Shown piece after piece: positions 8,344 through 17,708 of a stretch of DNA of 64,000 nucleotides; positions within the stretch are counted from its first letter, which is position 1; every line of letters begins with the position of its first letter. The position numbers and the translations under genes were made by a program. The stretch comes from a virus. The DNA is taken from positions 1-64,000 of the IMG/VR virus record IMGVR_UViG_3300041956_000313; one strand, written 5' to 3'. The notes beneath the pieces were generated by a model. That model did no database searches. It was not told the DNA's origin and saw only the letters and a program-made list of their open reading frames with translations.

Positions 8344-10206
8344 ATGGGGTTTCTGTTCGGGTCAAACAACATTGCAGAAAAGAAGCGCGCACGAAAGCAA
8401 GCCGTGCCGGTCGAGTACCTCAATCGCAACCGGTGCTCAGTGTGCCCACGCAACTCCGATCGCATGCTCAAGCACCCGAAGATGAAACCGACCGGCAGCA
8501 AGAACCCTCTCATTTACGTGCTGGGCGAAGCTCCGGGCGAGACCGAAGATTTGAAAGGTAAACAGTTCATCGGTCCGTCAGGACAGTTACTGCGCGAGCA
8601 CCTCGCCGGCTCCGGACTTGATGAGTTTCCGATCCGCTGGAACAACACGATTCGCTGCCGCCCACCGAACAACCGGACACCTAAGCCGGATGAAATAGAA
8701 TGTTGCCGAAACTTTCAAATCGAGGACATAGAGGAGCACAGGCCTCGGATAGTGATCGTGTTCGGCAACATTCCTTTGCATTGGGCGGTTCCCGGTATTC
8801 ACGGCAGTGGCATTACCGCGTGGCGCGGTCGATTCGTGCCGGCAAAGATCGGCACGCACGAGTGTTGGGTATTTCCCATGGTGCATCCGTCAGCCGTACT
8901 GCGCTCAGGAGGCGATGATGACAACGGCAAAGAAGAGCGAGAGAAAGCAGCACAAGAGACTACCTTTCGAACTGATCTGGAGTCCCTGGCACGATTCATT
9001 CAAGCTGACCCTAAAGGACGAATTCGGCCGCGCATTGCTGACCCGAGTACTTACCGAACTGGAATCACAATCTGTGAACGTGGGGACGAAGCGGACGCTG
9101 CGCGCGTTGTTGAGTTTCTTGAAAGAGCAGCCCGAGACGACTACCCCGCCGTCGATATTGAAACGAAGAAAGTTCGTCCTTACTGGCCCGATTCTAAAAT
9201 ACTCACAGCGGCCGTCAGCATCCACAACGGCCAAGAAACGCTCGCGTTCCCGATAGACTGGTCAGGTGCGTGGAAGTCACGCAAGTTGCGTGACCGTGTG
9301 CATCAAGCTTTCGTTCGTTTCATGCACGCAAAGAAGCCGCGGCGGATTGCGCACAATGCGAAGTTCGAGCAAGAGTGGGTGGGCCACAAGATTGCACGAG
9401 CGTGCGTGACAAAGAGGTGGGCTTGCACTCAAGCGAATGCGTACATACTCGACTCGCGTCAAGGTATGCTGGATCTAGACACGCAAGTCAGGTTGTACTG
9501 CGGCTTTTGGCTGAAGCCGTTGTCCAGTATCGACACGAAGAAAGATCTAGAGACGACTTACAAGCTGGCCGACGTGCTCATGTACAACGGCCTCGATGCG
9601 AAGTGGGACGTGCCGGTGTACTGGAGTCAGCAGTCTGCACTGTCAAAACGCGAGCAGCATCTGGAGTTGGCACGTGAGCGAGTCGAGACAGCGACCACAC
9701 TCGTGCTCGCTCAGTTGAAAGGGCTGCTAGTAGATCGCAAGGCGCATGAGAAACTCGTGAAGGAGTTTCAAACGCGTCGTGCTGACATCGAACGCAGGGC
9801 AGCCGAGTTGCCGTCATTCCGCAAGTTTCACAAGATCGCAAAGCGTTGGCCGGACGTCGACAGTAAAGACGACATGCAGCTACTCTTCACGCGCATCAAT
9901 CCGTGTCCGGCACTGCAAGTGAAGAATGGCAAGGTATCGACGGCTGAGGATTTGCTCGCGGAGCTCAGCAAGAAGCGTTATCCGGAGGTGGCTGTCATTC
10001 TCGACACGCGCGAGGTCAACAAAGTCATTGGCACGTATCTTGAGCCGTTGCTTGAGAAGATAACGCCCGACGGCTGCATTCATACCAACTTCAATCCGTA
10101 TCAGACGGACACAGAGAGGCTTAGCAGCGATGACCCGAACATGCAGAACTGGCCGAAAAGGCAAAACAAGCACGTCCGCAAAGTCATTGTCCCCGGCGCT
10201 TCGTAG
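8344..10206 (+). CDS. polA: family A DNA polymerase, N-terminal part: family-4 UDG-like domain + 3'-5' exonuclease + thumb/palm start
   Basis: UDG: CSVC, GEAPG, NTIRCRPP, HPS; Exo I DIET, Exo II HNAKFE, Exo III YNGLD; IHTNFN..TDTERLSSDDPNMQNWP; stops at RKVIVPGAS before motif A. Confidence 0.9.
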   Translation: MGFLFGSNNIAEKKRARKQAVPVEYLNRNRCSVCPRNSDRMLKHPKMKPTGSKNPLIYVLGEAPGETEDLKGKQFIGPSGQLLREHLAGSGLDEFPIRWNNTIRCRPPNNRTPKPDEIECCRNFQIEDIEEHRPRIVIVFGNIPLHWAVPGIHGSGITAWRGRFVPAKIGTHECWVFPMVHPSAVLRSGGDDDNGKEEREKAAQETTFRTDLESLARFIQADPKGRIRPRIADPSTYRTGITICERGDEADAARVVEFLERAARDDYPAVDIETKKVRPYWPDSKILTAAVSIHNGQETLAFPIDWSGAWKSRKLRDRVHQAFVRFMHAKKPRRIAHNAKFEQEWVGHKIARACVTKRWACTQANAYILDSRQGMLDLDTQVRLYCGFWLKPLSSIDTKKDLETTYKLADVLMYNGLDAKWDVPVYWSQQSALSKREQHLELARERVETATTLVLAQLKGLLVDRKAHEKLVKEFQTRRADIERRAAELPSFRKFHKIAKRWPDVDSKDDMQLLFTRINPCPALQVKNGKVSTAEDLLAELSKKRYPEVAVILDTREVNKVIGTYLEPLLEKITPDGCIHTNFNPYQTDTERLSSDDPNMQNWPKRQNKHVRKVIVPGAS

Positions 10207-10356
10207 ATTTGTCAGAGTAGTGGCTGAGCAAATTGCAGAGGGCGTCATTGGGCACATAGATTCTATGTATCCGGCGATGTGGAAAGTCGTTCCGTCATCT
10301 GCGCGGCGTTCGATTCGAGGCGCGATCATAAACAGAATCATGGCGGAGTTTTGCTG

Positions 10357-10521
10357 ATGAAGCGCATATGTGAGGGCTGCAAACAAGAGGTCGACGACGA
10401 GCTTTGTCATTGCGGCATTTCGATTGATGCTCACACGTTCGGTGACGGGCATTCTCCTGTATCGATGGGCTGTGCGTGCGGCTACGAGGATGAGATTCCG
10501 GACGAGGAGAAAGAGAAATGA
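10357..10521 (+). CDS. small Cys-rich protein within the polymerase interruption
   Basis: GGAG RBS, TGATG coupling; CEGC..CHC..H..H..CAC. Confidence 0.55.
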   Translation: MKRICEGCKQEVDDELCHCGISIDAHTFGDGHSPVSMGCACGYEDEIPDEEKEK

Positions 10522-10685
10522 AGCGTGAGAGTGGCAAGAGTCGACAGCGCAGACTCAAGGCGTTGCGACATGATGCGCTTCACCGTGAATTTATCGACGC
10601 ATGCCTGCGCAGCGGCTTCTTACCTAAGAAAGAGGCCCGTGATCGGTGGCGGCAGCTCGGCAAACCGAGGACATTCAAACTATGA
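10518..10685 (+). CDS. small basic hypothetical protein (55 aa, absent from the ORF track)
   Basis: ATGA overlaps at both ends; MKRESGKSRQRRLKAL...RTFKL. Confidence 0.5.
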   Translation: MKRESGKSRQRRLKALRHDALHREFIDACLRSGFLPKKEARDRWRQLGKPRTFKL

Positions 10686-11095
10686 ACAGCGGAATTACAT
10701 TCTGCGTTACGTATGGCATACGTCTGTGGGAGACGGACCAGCTCGATCCGAAGACCGGCGCACCGGACGGCATCATCTGGTTTGCACCGGGCTATGAGTT
10801 CTTTACGTTGCACGAGCCTGACCTAGAAGTAGGCATAGGCACTGTTCTGATTCAACTGTCGATGACGCACGACTTTCGCGACGATCCGAAGTGCAGCGAA
10901 ATCTGGCGTGGCTATGTCGGCAGGCGCAAAGTTGAGCGGATGAAGCTGGGCTGGAACTTTGCCGAGATTCAGCTCGTGACACGCTGGGAAAATCTGCCGG
11001 TGCTGCCACAGACGAAAGCCGGCATTCGCAACCCACAGGGCACGTCGCGAAACATCACGATTCGCGGCATTCGTCATTCCGACAAGGGAAAGTAA
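10682..11095 (+). CDS. hypothetical protein
   Basis: ATGA-coupled; ends 2 nt before the second polymerase gene. Confidence 0.55.
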   Translation: MNSGITFCVTYGIRLWETDQLDPKTGAPDGIIWFAPGYEFFTLHEPDLEVGIGTVLIQLSMTHDFRDDPKCSEIWRGYVGRRKVERMKLGWNFAEIQLVTRWENLPVLPQTKAGIRNPQGTSRNITIRGIRHSDKGK

Positions 11096-11097
11096 GA

Positions 11098-11901
11098 GTG
11101 GGCGAAGTCGTAAAGCTTAGGCCGCGGCCGCGCAAGGTCAAACTCAATCCGTATGTGATGGTTGCGATTGACTACGCGGGCATTGAAGCACGTGTGGCCG
11201 CATGGGCATCGAATGACGAGAACTTGAGCAACTCGTACTGGACCGGGTACGACATTCACGCGGCGTGGGCGAAGTGGATTCTGAAGCGCGAGCCGGACAA
11301 CGTGAAGAAGTTTCCGAACGACTACGGGCATGATGTCAGCGTGCCTGAGTGCTTCAAGCAGTACCGCAACTGGGTCAAGAACAAGACGGTCTTTCCGCTC
11401 ACGTTCGGCTCGTCTGTCAACTCTGTGCAGCGTGATCAGAAGTTGAAAGATCATGTCGCGAGGGAGTTGGGGCGCTCGTTCTGGAATCAGTTCAGCGGTG
11501 TCAAAGAGTGGCACAATGACATGGGCAGGTTCTATGAGAAGCACGGGTACGTTGAAACACTCTTCGGCTTCAGACGCGGCGGAGCGCTCAGCTGGAATCA
11601 GATTATCAACATGCCTATTCAGGGCACTGCCGGCGAGCTCGTGCTGCGAGCGGGTAACCGTCTGCGCAAATTCGGCTACCAATACAGCCTCAACGTTCAC
11701 GACGATCTTACGTTCATCTTGCCTACTAGACATGCACATCGGCAGATTCCGGAAATCTGCGAAATCATGTGTGAAGTGAAGTGGAAGTGGATCAACACGC
11801 CGCTTGTCGTCGAAGTGTCAACCGGACCGAACTGGGCGGATCTTGTCGAGGTGAAGAAGTACAGCAGTGTCGACTTCGGTCACACGAGGAAGGCCGCATG
11901 A
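11098..11901 (+). CDS. polA: family A DNA polymerase, C-terminal part (motifs A, B, C)
   Basis: motif A AIDYAGIEAR, DIH, motif B RNWVKNKTVFPLTFG, GYVETLFGFRR, NMPIQGTA, motif C LNVHDDL. Confidence 0.92.
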   Translation: MGEVVKLRPRPRKVKLNPYVMVAIDYAGIEARVAAWASNDENLSNSYWTGYDIHAAWAKWILKREPDNVKKFPNDYGHDVSVPECFKQYRNWVKNKTVFPLTFGSSVNSVQRDQKLKDHVARELGRSFWNQFSGVKEWHNDMGRFYEKHGYVETLFGFRRGGALSWNQIINMPIQGTAGELVLRAGNRLRKFGYQYSLNVHDDLTFILPTRHAHRQIPEICEIMCEVKWKWINTPLVVEVSTGPNWADLVEVKKYSSVDFGHTRKAA

Positions 11902-11962
11902 AACCGTTTGCTCTGAAGGCGCACGCGCGCGATCTAGCGAAAGCATCTAAGAGGAAGAACCG

Positions 11963-12904
11963 ATGACAGACCTTGCACGAAAGTACCGCCCACAGCGGCT
12001 CACTGACTTGATTGGGCAGCAGGAGATGGTGAAGTCTCTGCGGTATCTGTTTCAGTCAGAGAAACTCATTCCGCACTCTTACCTGTTTGTCGGACCGTCC
12101 GGCACCGGCAAGACGACGACGGCTCGAATCGTCGCACGTCGCCTTCATATACCGCGTACCAACGTCGTTGAAGTCGACGGCGCTACATTTACCGGCATCG
12201 ACGCTGCGCGGAGCATAAAGGATCTAGTTGCGATGCCTGCGCTGGGAGCTGTGCGCAAGAAAATGTTGATCGTCGACGAGTGCCATCGGCTCTCGAAGCC
12301 GGCATGGGATTCGTGGCTCAAGATACTGGAAGAGCCGCCCGAGCATCTATACATAGCTCTGTGCACAACTGAGCCGTCGAAAGTGCCGACGACGGGCAAG
12401 ACGCGGTTCCACACATACCATCTCAAGCCGGTGAACGAGGAAGAGCTGTCAAAGCATCTCGACATCATCTCACGCAAGGAGCAGCTAAACGTCTCTGACG
12501 AGGTCATTGAGTACATCGCGGCACAGTCGAACGGCAGCCCGCGGCAAGCGCTGATGTACTTGTCGCAGTGTCGCGCGGTACAGAGTGTGAAGACCGCGAA
12601 GGTGATTGTGCGCAAGGCCGAGGCGGATGTCGAAGGCGCCGAGGTCGGCATTGCTCGTTTGCTGATTGCCGGCAATCGCGACTGGGCGAGCTACATGAAG
12701 GCAGTCAAGAGCTGCGAGCATGTTGAGCCGGAGTCTGTTCGCATCGTCACGGTGAACTACATTGCAGCCGTGCTGAGGAAGCAGACACAGAGCAAGCGAG
12801 TGGGTCAGTTAGCAGGCTGGCTCGATGCTTTCAGCACGCCCTACAACACATCGGACAGAGATGCACCGTTGTTGCTTTCTATTGCGCGGTGTTTGTTCGG
12901 CTGA
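11963..12904 (+). CDS. dnaX: clamp loader ATPase, DNA pol III gamma/tau-like
   Basis: LARKYRPQ..DLIGQ, GPSGTGKTT, IVDECHRLS, LKILEEPP. Confidence 0.92.
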   Translation: MTDLARKYRPQRLTDLIGQQEMVKSLRYLFQSEKLIPHSYLFVGPSGTGKTTTARIVARRLHIPRTNVVEVDGATFTGIDAARSIKDLVAMPALGAVRKKMLIVDECHRLSKPAWDSWLKILEEPPEHLYIALCTTEPSKVPTTGKTRFHTYHLKPVNEEELSKHLDIISRKEQLNVSDEVIEYIAAQSNGSPRQALMYLSQCRAVQSVKTAKVIVRKAEADVEGAEVGIARLLIAGNRDWASYMKAVKSCEHVEPESVRIVTVNYIAAVLRKQTQSKRVGQLAGWLDAFSTPYNTSDRDAPLLLSIARCLFG

Positions 12905-12949
12905 GCGAGCCGTATAGCTTTGCACGATCATTGCTAGGAGTCTGGAACA

Positions 12950-13405
12950 GTGAAAATCAAGAAGCGCACGCGTCAGGTTCAGGTTGATCAGGGTGCACAG
13001 GGCTGGTACGAGCAGATGAAAGAAGTGCTGCAGCCTGACGATGAGGTCGACAAAGCCGTGCGTGAGTTCGCGTTTCTTTATCACGAGGTGGCGGAGTCGA
13101 TTGCTAACGCGCGCAATCTGCGACGGGACTATAAGGACGAGTACGACGAAGTTCTCGGCCGGTCTCTCGTTGCGCATCTCGAAGAAAAGACCACCGTCGC
13201 ACTGGCGAAGGAAAAAGCGGAGCTCACGCCGGCAGTTCTCGAACTCAAGAAGAGGCTGCGTGCCGTTGATGCGGAGCTGGAACGACTTGAAGCACTCATG
13301 AAGTCGTTTGAGAAGAAGTCCTCTATGTTAAAGGCGGAGGTAGAGTTGATCGCAACATCCTATGCTCAGCGCGATCACATCAAACCGAAGACGAGAAGGT
13401 ACTAG
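12950..13405 (+). CDS. coiled-coil protein, possible UvsY-like recombination mediator
   Basis: helical 151 aa; LEALMKSFEKKSSML segment; position next to ssb/recA. Confidence 0.45.
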   Translation: MKIKKRTRQVQVDQGAQGWYEQMKEVLQPDDEVDKAVREFAFLYHEVAESIANARNLRRDYKDEYDEVLGRSLVAHLEEKTTVALAKEKAELTPAVLELKKRLRAVDAELERLEALMKSFEKKSSMLKAEVELIATSYAQRDHIKPKTRRY

Positions 13406-13407
13406 CA

Positions 13408-13569
13408 ATGTCTTCCGCACTGTGCACGATTGCGAGTATGGCTGGACGCATTGTCGTGCTAGCTGTGCTCGTTCCTGTTTCGCTGTATCTGTGCGTGCGT
13501 TTATCTGCTCTTGCATGGTTCAACGCACGCAAAGAATACGATCGTTGGAAAATCCGAGGAGAGAGGTGA
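13408..13569 (+). CDS. small single-pass membrane protein (53 aa, absent from the ORF track)
   Basis: MSSALCTIASMAGRIVVLAVLVPVSLYLCVRLSALAWFNARK...; fills the gap exactly. Confidence 0.5.
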   Translation: MSSALCTIASMAGRIVVLAVLVPVSLYLCVRLSALAWFNARKEYDRWKIRGER

Positions 13570-13572
13570 TTC

Positions 13573-14751
13573 ATGGCATTTAGAAAAGGCAAGAAAACGC
13601 CCTTCAAGTATCGGGGCACGAACTCGAAGTTTATGACGAAGCACATAGCTTCGGGCGGACGTGACTACGATTCGATGTTCAAGATTGATGTCACGACGTT
13701 CAAGCCGCGCGACGCTGAGAACAAGATTCGTGTCGTACCACCGACGTCCGACGAGATGGATTACTGGGCATTGCCGATTCACGTGCATTACGGAGTCGGC
13801 GCCGATAACGCTTCGTATCTCTGTCCGCGCAAGCATGGTGGCAAGAAGTGTCCTATATGCGAGGACTACGAACGCGCGCGCAAGGCCGGCAAGGACGAAG
13901 AGGCAAAAGAGCTTCGGCCGAATCAGCGCTTTCTCACGTATCTTGTCGACCGCAAGGACGAGGAGAAGGGTATTCAGGTCTGGTCGATGCCGGGCAAGCT
14001 CGATGGCGAGCTCAGCAAACAGACTGTCGATCCGGAGACGCGCGAGATTTTGCAGATAGACAACCCGACGGCTGGCTACGATATTTACTTCACGAAGGAA
14101 GGTCAGGGTCTCAAGACGCAATACACGGGCTGCAAGCTCGCGCGCAAGACGAGTGACCTCGATGACGAGTCAGTCCTCGAGTTTGCGCAGAAGCATCCGC
14201 TGCCGGAAATCTTGCAGGTGTACTCGTACGAGCACATCCTGAAAGAGTACGAAGGCAGTAGCGGTCGGTCCGACGATGACGATGATGCGGATGAGGAAGA
14301 CGACGAGCGACCGCGCAAGAAGAAGCACAGTGATGACGAGGACCTCGATGATGACGTACCGTTCGAGGGAGACGATGATGATGACGATGAAGATGACGGT
14401 GAAGAGGGTGATGAAGAGGACGGTGAATCCGAAGGTCATGCGAGACGCTCTGCTAAGTCTCGCGGCCGAACTCTCAAAAAGCGGTCCCGCCGTGATGACA
14501 GTGGTGACGACTCCGACGACTCTGACAATGAATCTGAGGATGGCGACGACGAAGATGAAGACTCCGCGACGCAGGACGCGGCTTTCTTGCGGAAAGCGAA
14601 TCTCAGCACGCTGAAGAGTCTTGCGAAAGAGCACAACGTGAAGTGGGCGACACTGCGCGCGCAGGCCGAAGAGGAAGAGTGGGACGACACGAAACTCAAG
14701 ATCAGACTGCGGCGGAAGATCGCGGCCGCACTCGACATCGATCTGGAGTAA
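13573..14751 (+). CDS. T4 gp32-like single-stranded DNA-binding protein with acidic linker and extra C-terminal domain
   Basis: NKIRVVPP, HVHY, YLCP..KKCPICE Zn site, GYDIYFTKEGQGLKTQY, long D/E tract. Confidence 0.8.
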   Translation: MAFRKGKKTPFKYRGTNSKFMTKHIASGGRDYDSMFKIDVTTFKPRDAENKIRVVPPTSDEMDYWALPIHVHYGVGADNASYLCPRKHGGKKCPICEDYERARKAGKDEEAKELRPNQRFLTYLVDRKDEEKGIQVWSMPGKLDGELSKQTVDPETREILQIDNPTAGYDIYFTKEGQGLKTQYTGCKLARKTSDLDDESVLEFAQKHPLPEILQVYSYEHILKEYEGSSGRSDDDDDADEEDDERPRKKKHSDDEDLDDDVPFEGDDDDDDEDDGEEGDEEDGESEGHARRSAKSRGRTLKKRSRRDDSGDDSDDSDNESEDGDDEDEDSATQDAAFLRKANLSTLKSLAKEHNVKWATLRAQAEEEEWDDTKLKIRLRRKIAAALDIDLE

Positions 14752-14757
14752 CTGAAT

Positions 14758-14799
14758 AGCAGACGGTAGACGTGCGAAGGCCGGTACCGTCTGTTTTTA
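14758..14799 (+). terminator. hairpin/terminator after ssb
   Basis: AGCAGACGGTA...TACCGTCTGTT followed by TTT. Confidence 0.6.
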
Positions 14800-14816
14800 T
14801 AGAGAGGGCAGAGACA

Positions 14817-15776
14817 ATGAAATTGGTCGCACGTCCGCGCAATGGGGTACAAGTCGCAGACTGGACAAGCTATTTGATCCGTCAGCGTGACATCACGTTT
14901 ACGCACACCGGGTGCACAGTGCTCGACTGTGCATTGGGTAGTGGGTGGGCAGGTGGGCGCATCATCAATGTTGTGGGTGACAAGTCGACGGGCAAGACAC
15001 TGCTTGCTATCGAAGCCACGGCGAACTTTGCGCGACGGCATCCGAAGGGACTCATCAAGTACAAAGAAGCAGAGTCCGCGTTCGACCACGAGTATGCAGC
15101 TATCATGGGACTGCCGCTTGACCGCGTGAAATTCGACGAGGAGTTTGACACGGTGGAAGAGCTCTTTGCGGATGTCTCTGCGTTTACTGCGCTGTGTGCA
15201 AAGAAGAAGCAGCCGGGTCTGTACGTGTGTGACTCGCTCGACGCGCTCACGGATAAAGCCGAAGCGAAGCGTGACATGGAAGAAGGCTCGTATGGTGCGA
15301 AGAAAGCAGCACTGCTTTCGCAGTTCTTCAGACGTTTGAAAACACGCATGAAGCTGGCTAACGTCACGCTGTTCATCATCAGCCAGACACGCGACAACAT
15401 CGGGGTCACGTTTGGTCGCAAGTGGACGCGCTCGGGTGGCAAGGCACTCGACTTCTACGCTTCGCAGATTGTCTACCTCGCTGAAGTCGAGAAGCTCAGG
15501 AAGACGATTCGTGGCATGACGCGCGTGATCGGCGTGAAGATCAAGGCGCACGTGCAGAAGAACAAGGTCGGTTTGCCGTTCCGTGAGGCAGTGTTCACGA
15601 TCAAATTCGGTTATGGCATCGATGACGTGGGTGCATCTGCTGAGTATCTCAAGCAAGCGAAGGTCCGCTACAGCGCTACTTTTGCTCCGTCGAAACTCTC
15701 TGATCTTGTGAGGAGCACATGGCACGACGTCGAAAAGTCTTTCCTTCCCAAAGCGCGGAAGTACGCCGACCTATAA
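14817..15776 (+). CDS. recA: RecA/UvsX recombinase
   Basis: TGCTVLDCALG.G..GRI, GDKSTGKT, CDSLDAL, ISQTRDNIG, SGGKALDFYAS, KNKVGLPFREA. Confidence 0.92.
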   Translation: MKLVARPRNGVQVADWTSYLIRQRDITFTHTGCTVLDCALGSGWAGGRIINVVGDKSTGKTLLAIEATANFARRHPKGLIKYKEAESAFDHEYAAIMGLPLDRVKFDEEFDTVEELFADVSAFTALCAKKKQPGLYVCDSLDALTDKAEAKRDMEEGSYGAKKAALLSQFFRRLKTRMKLANVTLFIISQTRDNIGVTFGRKWTRSGGKALDFYASQIVYLAEVEKLRKTIRGMTRVIGVKIKAHVQKNKVGLPFREAVFTIKFGYGIDDVGASAEYLKQAKVRYSATFAPSKLSDLVRSTWHDVEKSFLPKARKYADL

Positions 15777-16273
15777 GCATTCTCGCGATTGATCCGGGCG
15801 TTTCTGGAGCCGTTGTCTTCGTTGATCGTGAGGGCCGTATCAGGCAGAAGTTTCATCTGCCTACGATTACGGTGAAGGTGGGCAAGAAGAATCGCCGTAT
15901 GGTTGATTGCGGTGTGTTGTTCCGGCTACTCGACAGTATTCACAGTGCAATCGGTATCGACTTTGCAGTAGTCGAGAAGGTGAACTCGTATGGGCAGGGC
16001 AGAACGTCTGCGTTCACGTTTGGTCGCGCTGTCGGTTGTGTGGACGGTGTTTTGGGTAGCTTGGGCATCAGGGTCGAGGAAATCACACCGCAGACGTGGA
16101 AGGCTCATTGCTGTTTGTTCAGCGCTGACAAAGAGGCGAGTGTTGTGCTTGCGCGGCGGCATTTCGACGAGCTCAGTGACATCAAAGACACCGATACCGG
16201 CATCGCGGACGCGGCGTTGATGGCGCTATGTTTCGCTCAACAAAGAAGAACCTCCCGTACAGCGAACGCGTAA
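15719..16273 (+). CDS. RuvC-like Holliday junction resolvase
   Basis: ILAIDPGVSGA, VVEKV, SAFTFG, ITPQTWK, ADAALMA. Confidence 0.85.
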   Translation: MARRRKVFPSQSAEVRRPISILAIDPGVSGAVVFVDREGRIRQKFHLPTITVKVGKKNRRMVDCGVLFRLLDSIHSAIGIDFAVVEKVNSYGQGRTSAFTFGRAVGCVDGVLGSLGIRVEEITPQTWKAHCCLFSADKEASVVLARRHFDELSDIKDTDTGIADAALMALCFAQQRRTSRTANA

Positions 16274-16626
16274 AGCGGTACCCGTCTTACAACAAGCATC
16301 GACGAGGCTGGCGCAAGACTCCGCGCGGACAGTACTGGCAGCACAAGAGCAACGCGCAGAAGCGCCGCATACCGTGGGAGTTTACGTTCGAGTCGTGGTG
16401 GAAGCTGTGGCAGGACTCCGGTCATTGGGAGCAGCGTGGGCACAGCCCCGGACAGTACTGCATGGGACGCAACGGCGATGAAGGTCCGTATAGTCCTAGT
16501 AACTGCAAGATCATCACCGTTGACGACAATCTAGCGGCTGCTCGTGAGCGAGTGAGAGTCATTAGGAAGTACATCGGTAGATCCAAAGTAGTCACGTACG
16601 AAACAAACGGAGGCAAAACAAAATGA
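16228..16626 (+). CDS. HNH-like endonuclease
   Basis: KSNAQKRRIPWEFTFESW...YCMGRNGDEGPYSPSNCKIIT..DN. Confidence 0.65.
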   Translation: MFRSTKKNLPYSERVKRYPSYNKHRRGWRKTPRGQYWQHKSNAQKRRIPWEFTFESWWKLWQDSGHWEQRGHSPGQYCMGRNGDEGPYSPSNCKIITVDDNLAAARERVRVIRKYIGRSKVVTYETNGGKTK

Positions 16627-17708
16627 GTTTGATAGTCACGACCGATCCGCATTTTACTAGCAATCCTGATCACTGGTATCGCTGGAGCTTGTTCGATTTT
16701 TTGCGACTGCGGGCGCGCAAGATGATCAGAGAGGGAAGATCAGTAGACAAGCCTAACCTGATCATCTGCGGTGACATGACTGAAGCGAAGTCCGGGCACA
16801 GCGCCGAACTCGTCAACCGACTCACGCAGGAGATTGCTCGCGCGACCGACGACTTTGAGACCATATTTCTAATGAAGGGCAACCACGATTCGTTACCGGG
16901 CGGTGAATCGTTCTTCAAGTTCTTGCAATTCGTGCCCGATGTCAGGTGGGCAGATAATTTTTACTTTGCGGGTGAGGGTGAGACACGGTTTTTGCTCGTG
17001 CCGTTCGGATCGGATTACACGAAAGTACGCAAGAAGGTGCGCATGGAAAAGTGCAAGTTCGTTTTCATGCACGATACGGTGATGGGCGCGCGCGCCGCGA
17101 ATGAACATGCACTCGGAGGAGTAGTGCTGCCAAAGATGCTCGACATCTCCGGTGTGCGTGTCTACTCCGGTGACATTCACACGCGGCAGAAGTGCGGCCC
17201 GGTCGAGTACATCGGGACGCCCTACCCCGTCGACTTCGACGAGAGTCATGCGTGTCGTGTGCTCGAAATAAGTGACTCGGGCAAGGTGACTTCGGTGCCC
17301 ACGAACATCATTCGCAAGCACACTCTCACGGTGAAGAGCTCGCGTGACTTGCAGAAGCAGTTGCGAGGCACGACGTCGGGCGATCAGGTGAAGGTGCGCT
17401 GGGTCATGGCAGCATCCGACTTAGCGCGGTCTAGCGCGCTGTTCAAGATCATCACGAATCTCTGCACCGATGCCGGCGTAGTGTGCACGGGCGGAGTCGA
17501 GTTTATCTTTGACAAGGGGGCGGGCGCACACTCGATTCAATTTGAGTCGGGTGACACGGATGCACAGCGCACTGCGCATGACATCTTCACTGAATTCGTG
17601 AAGCTGAAGCGCTTGCGACGTCCGTTGATCAACTCCGGCCGCAAGATCATGCGAGGGCGTCTGCGGAACACGGGCGATCCGTACTCACCCAAGGGCGAGT
17701 GTTTCTAA
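16623..17708 (+). CDS. sbcD: SbcD/Mre11-like metallophosphoesterase nuclease
   Basis: TDPH, CGD, KGNHD, FMH, SGDIH, YIGTPY. Confidence 0.88.
   Translation: MSLIVTTDPHFTSNPDHWYRWSLFDFLRLRARKMIREGRSVDKPNLIICGDMTEAKSGHSAELVNRLTQEIARATDDFETIFLMKGNHDSLPGGESFFKFLQFVPDVRWADNFYFAGEGETRFLLVPFGSDYTKVRKKVRMEKCKFVFMHDTVMGARAANEHALGGVVLPKMLDISGVRVYSGDIHTRQKCGPVEYIGTPYPVDFDESHACRVLEISDSGKVTSVPTNIIRKHTLTVKSSRDLQKQLRGTTSGDQVKVRWVMAASDLARSSALFKIITNLCTDAGVVCTGGVEFIFDKGAGAHSIQFESGDTDAQRTAHDIFTEFVKLKRLRRPLINSGRKIMRGRLRNTGDPYSPKGECF

Noticed and set aside
10207-11097. Group I intron, split intein or stop-codon readthrough joining the polymerase halves
   Set aside because: No recognisable P7/R-S core, no intein N- or C-terminal motifs, no homing endonuclease; reading through the TAG meets TGA seven codons later; the gap is filled by ordinary coupled ORFs
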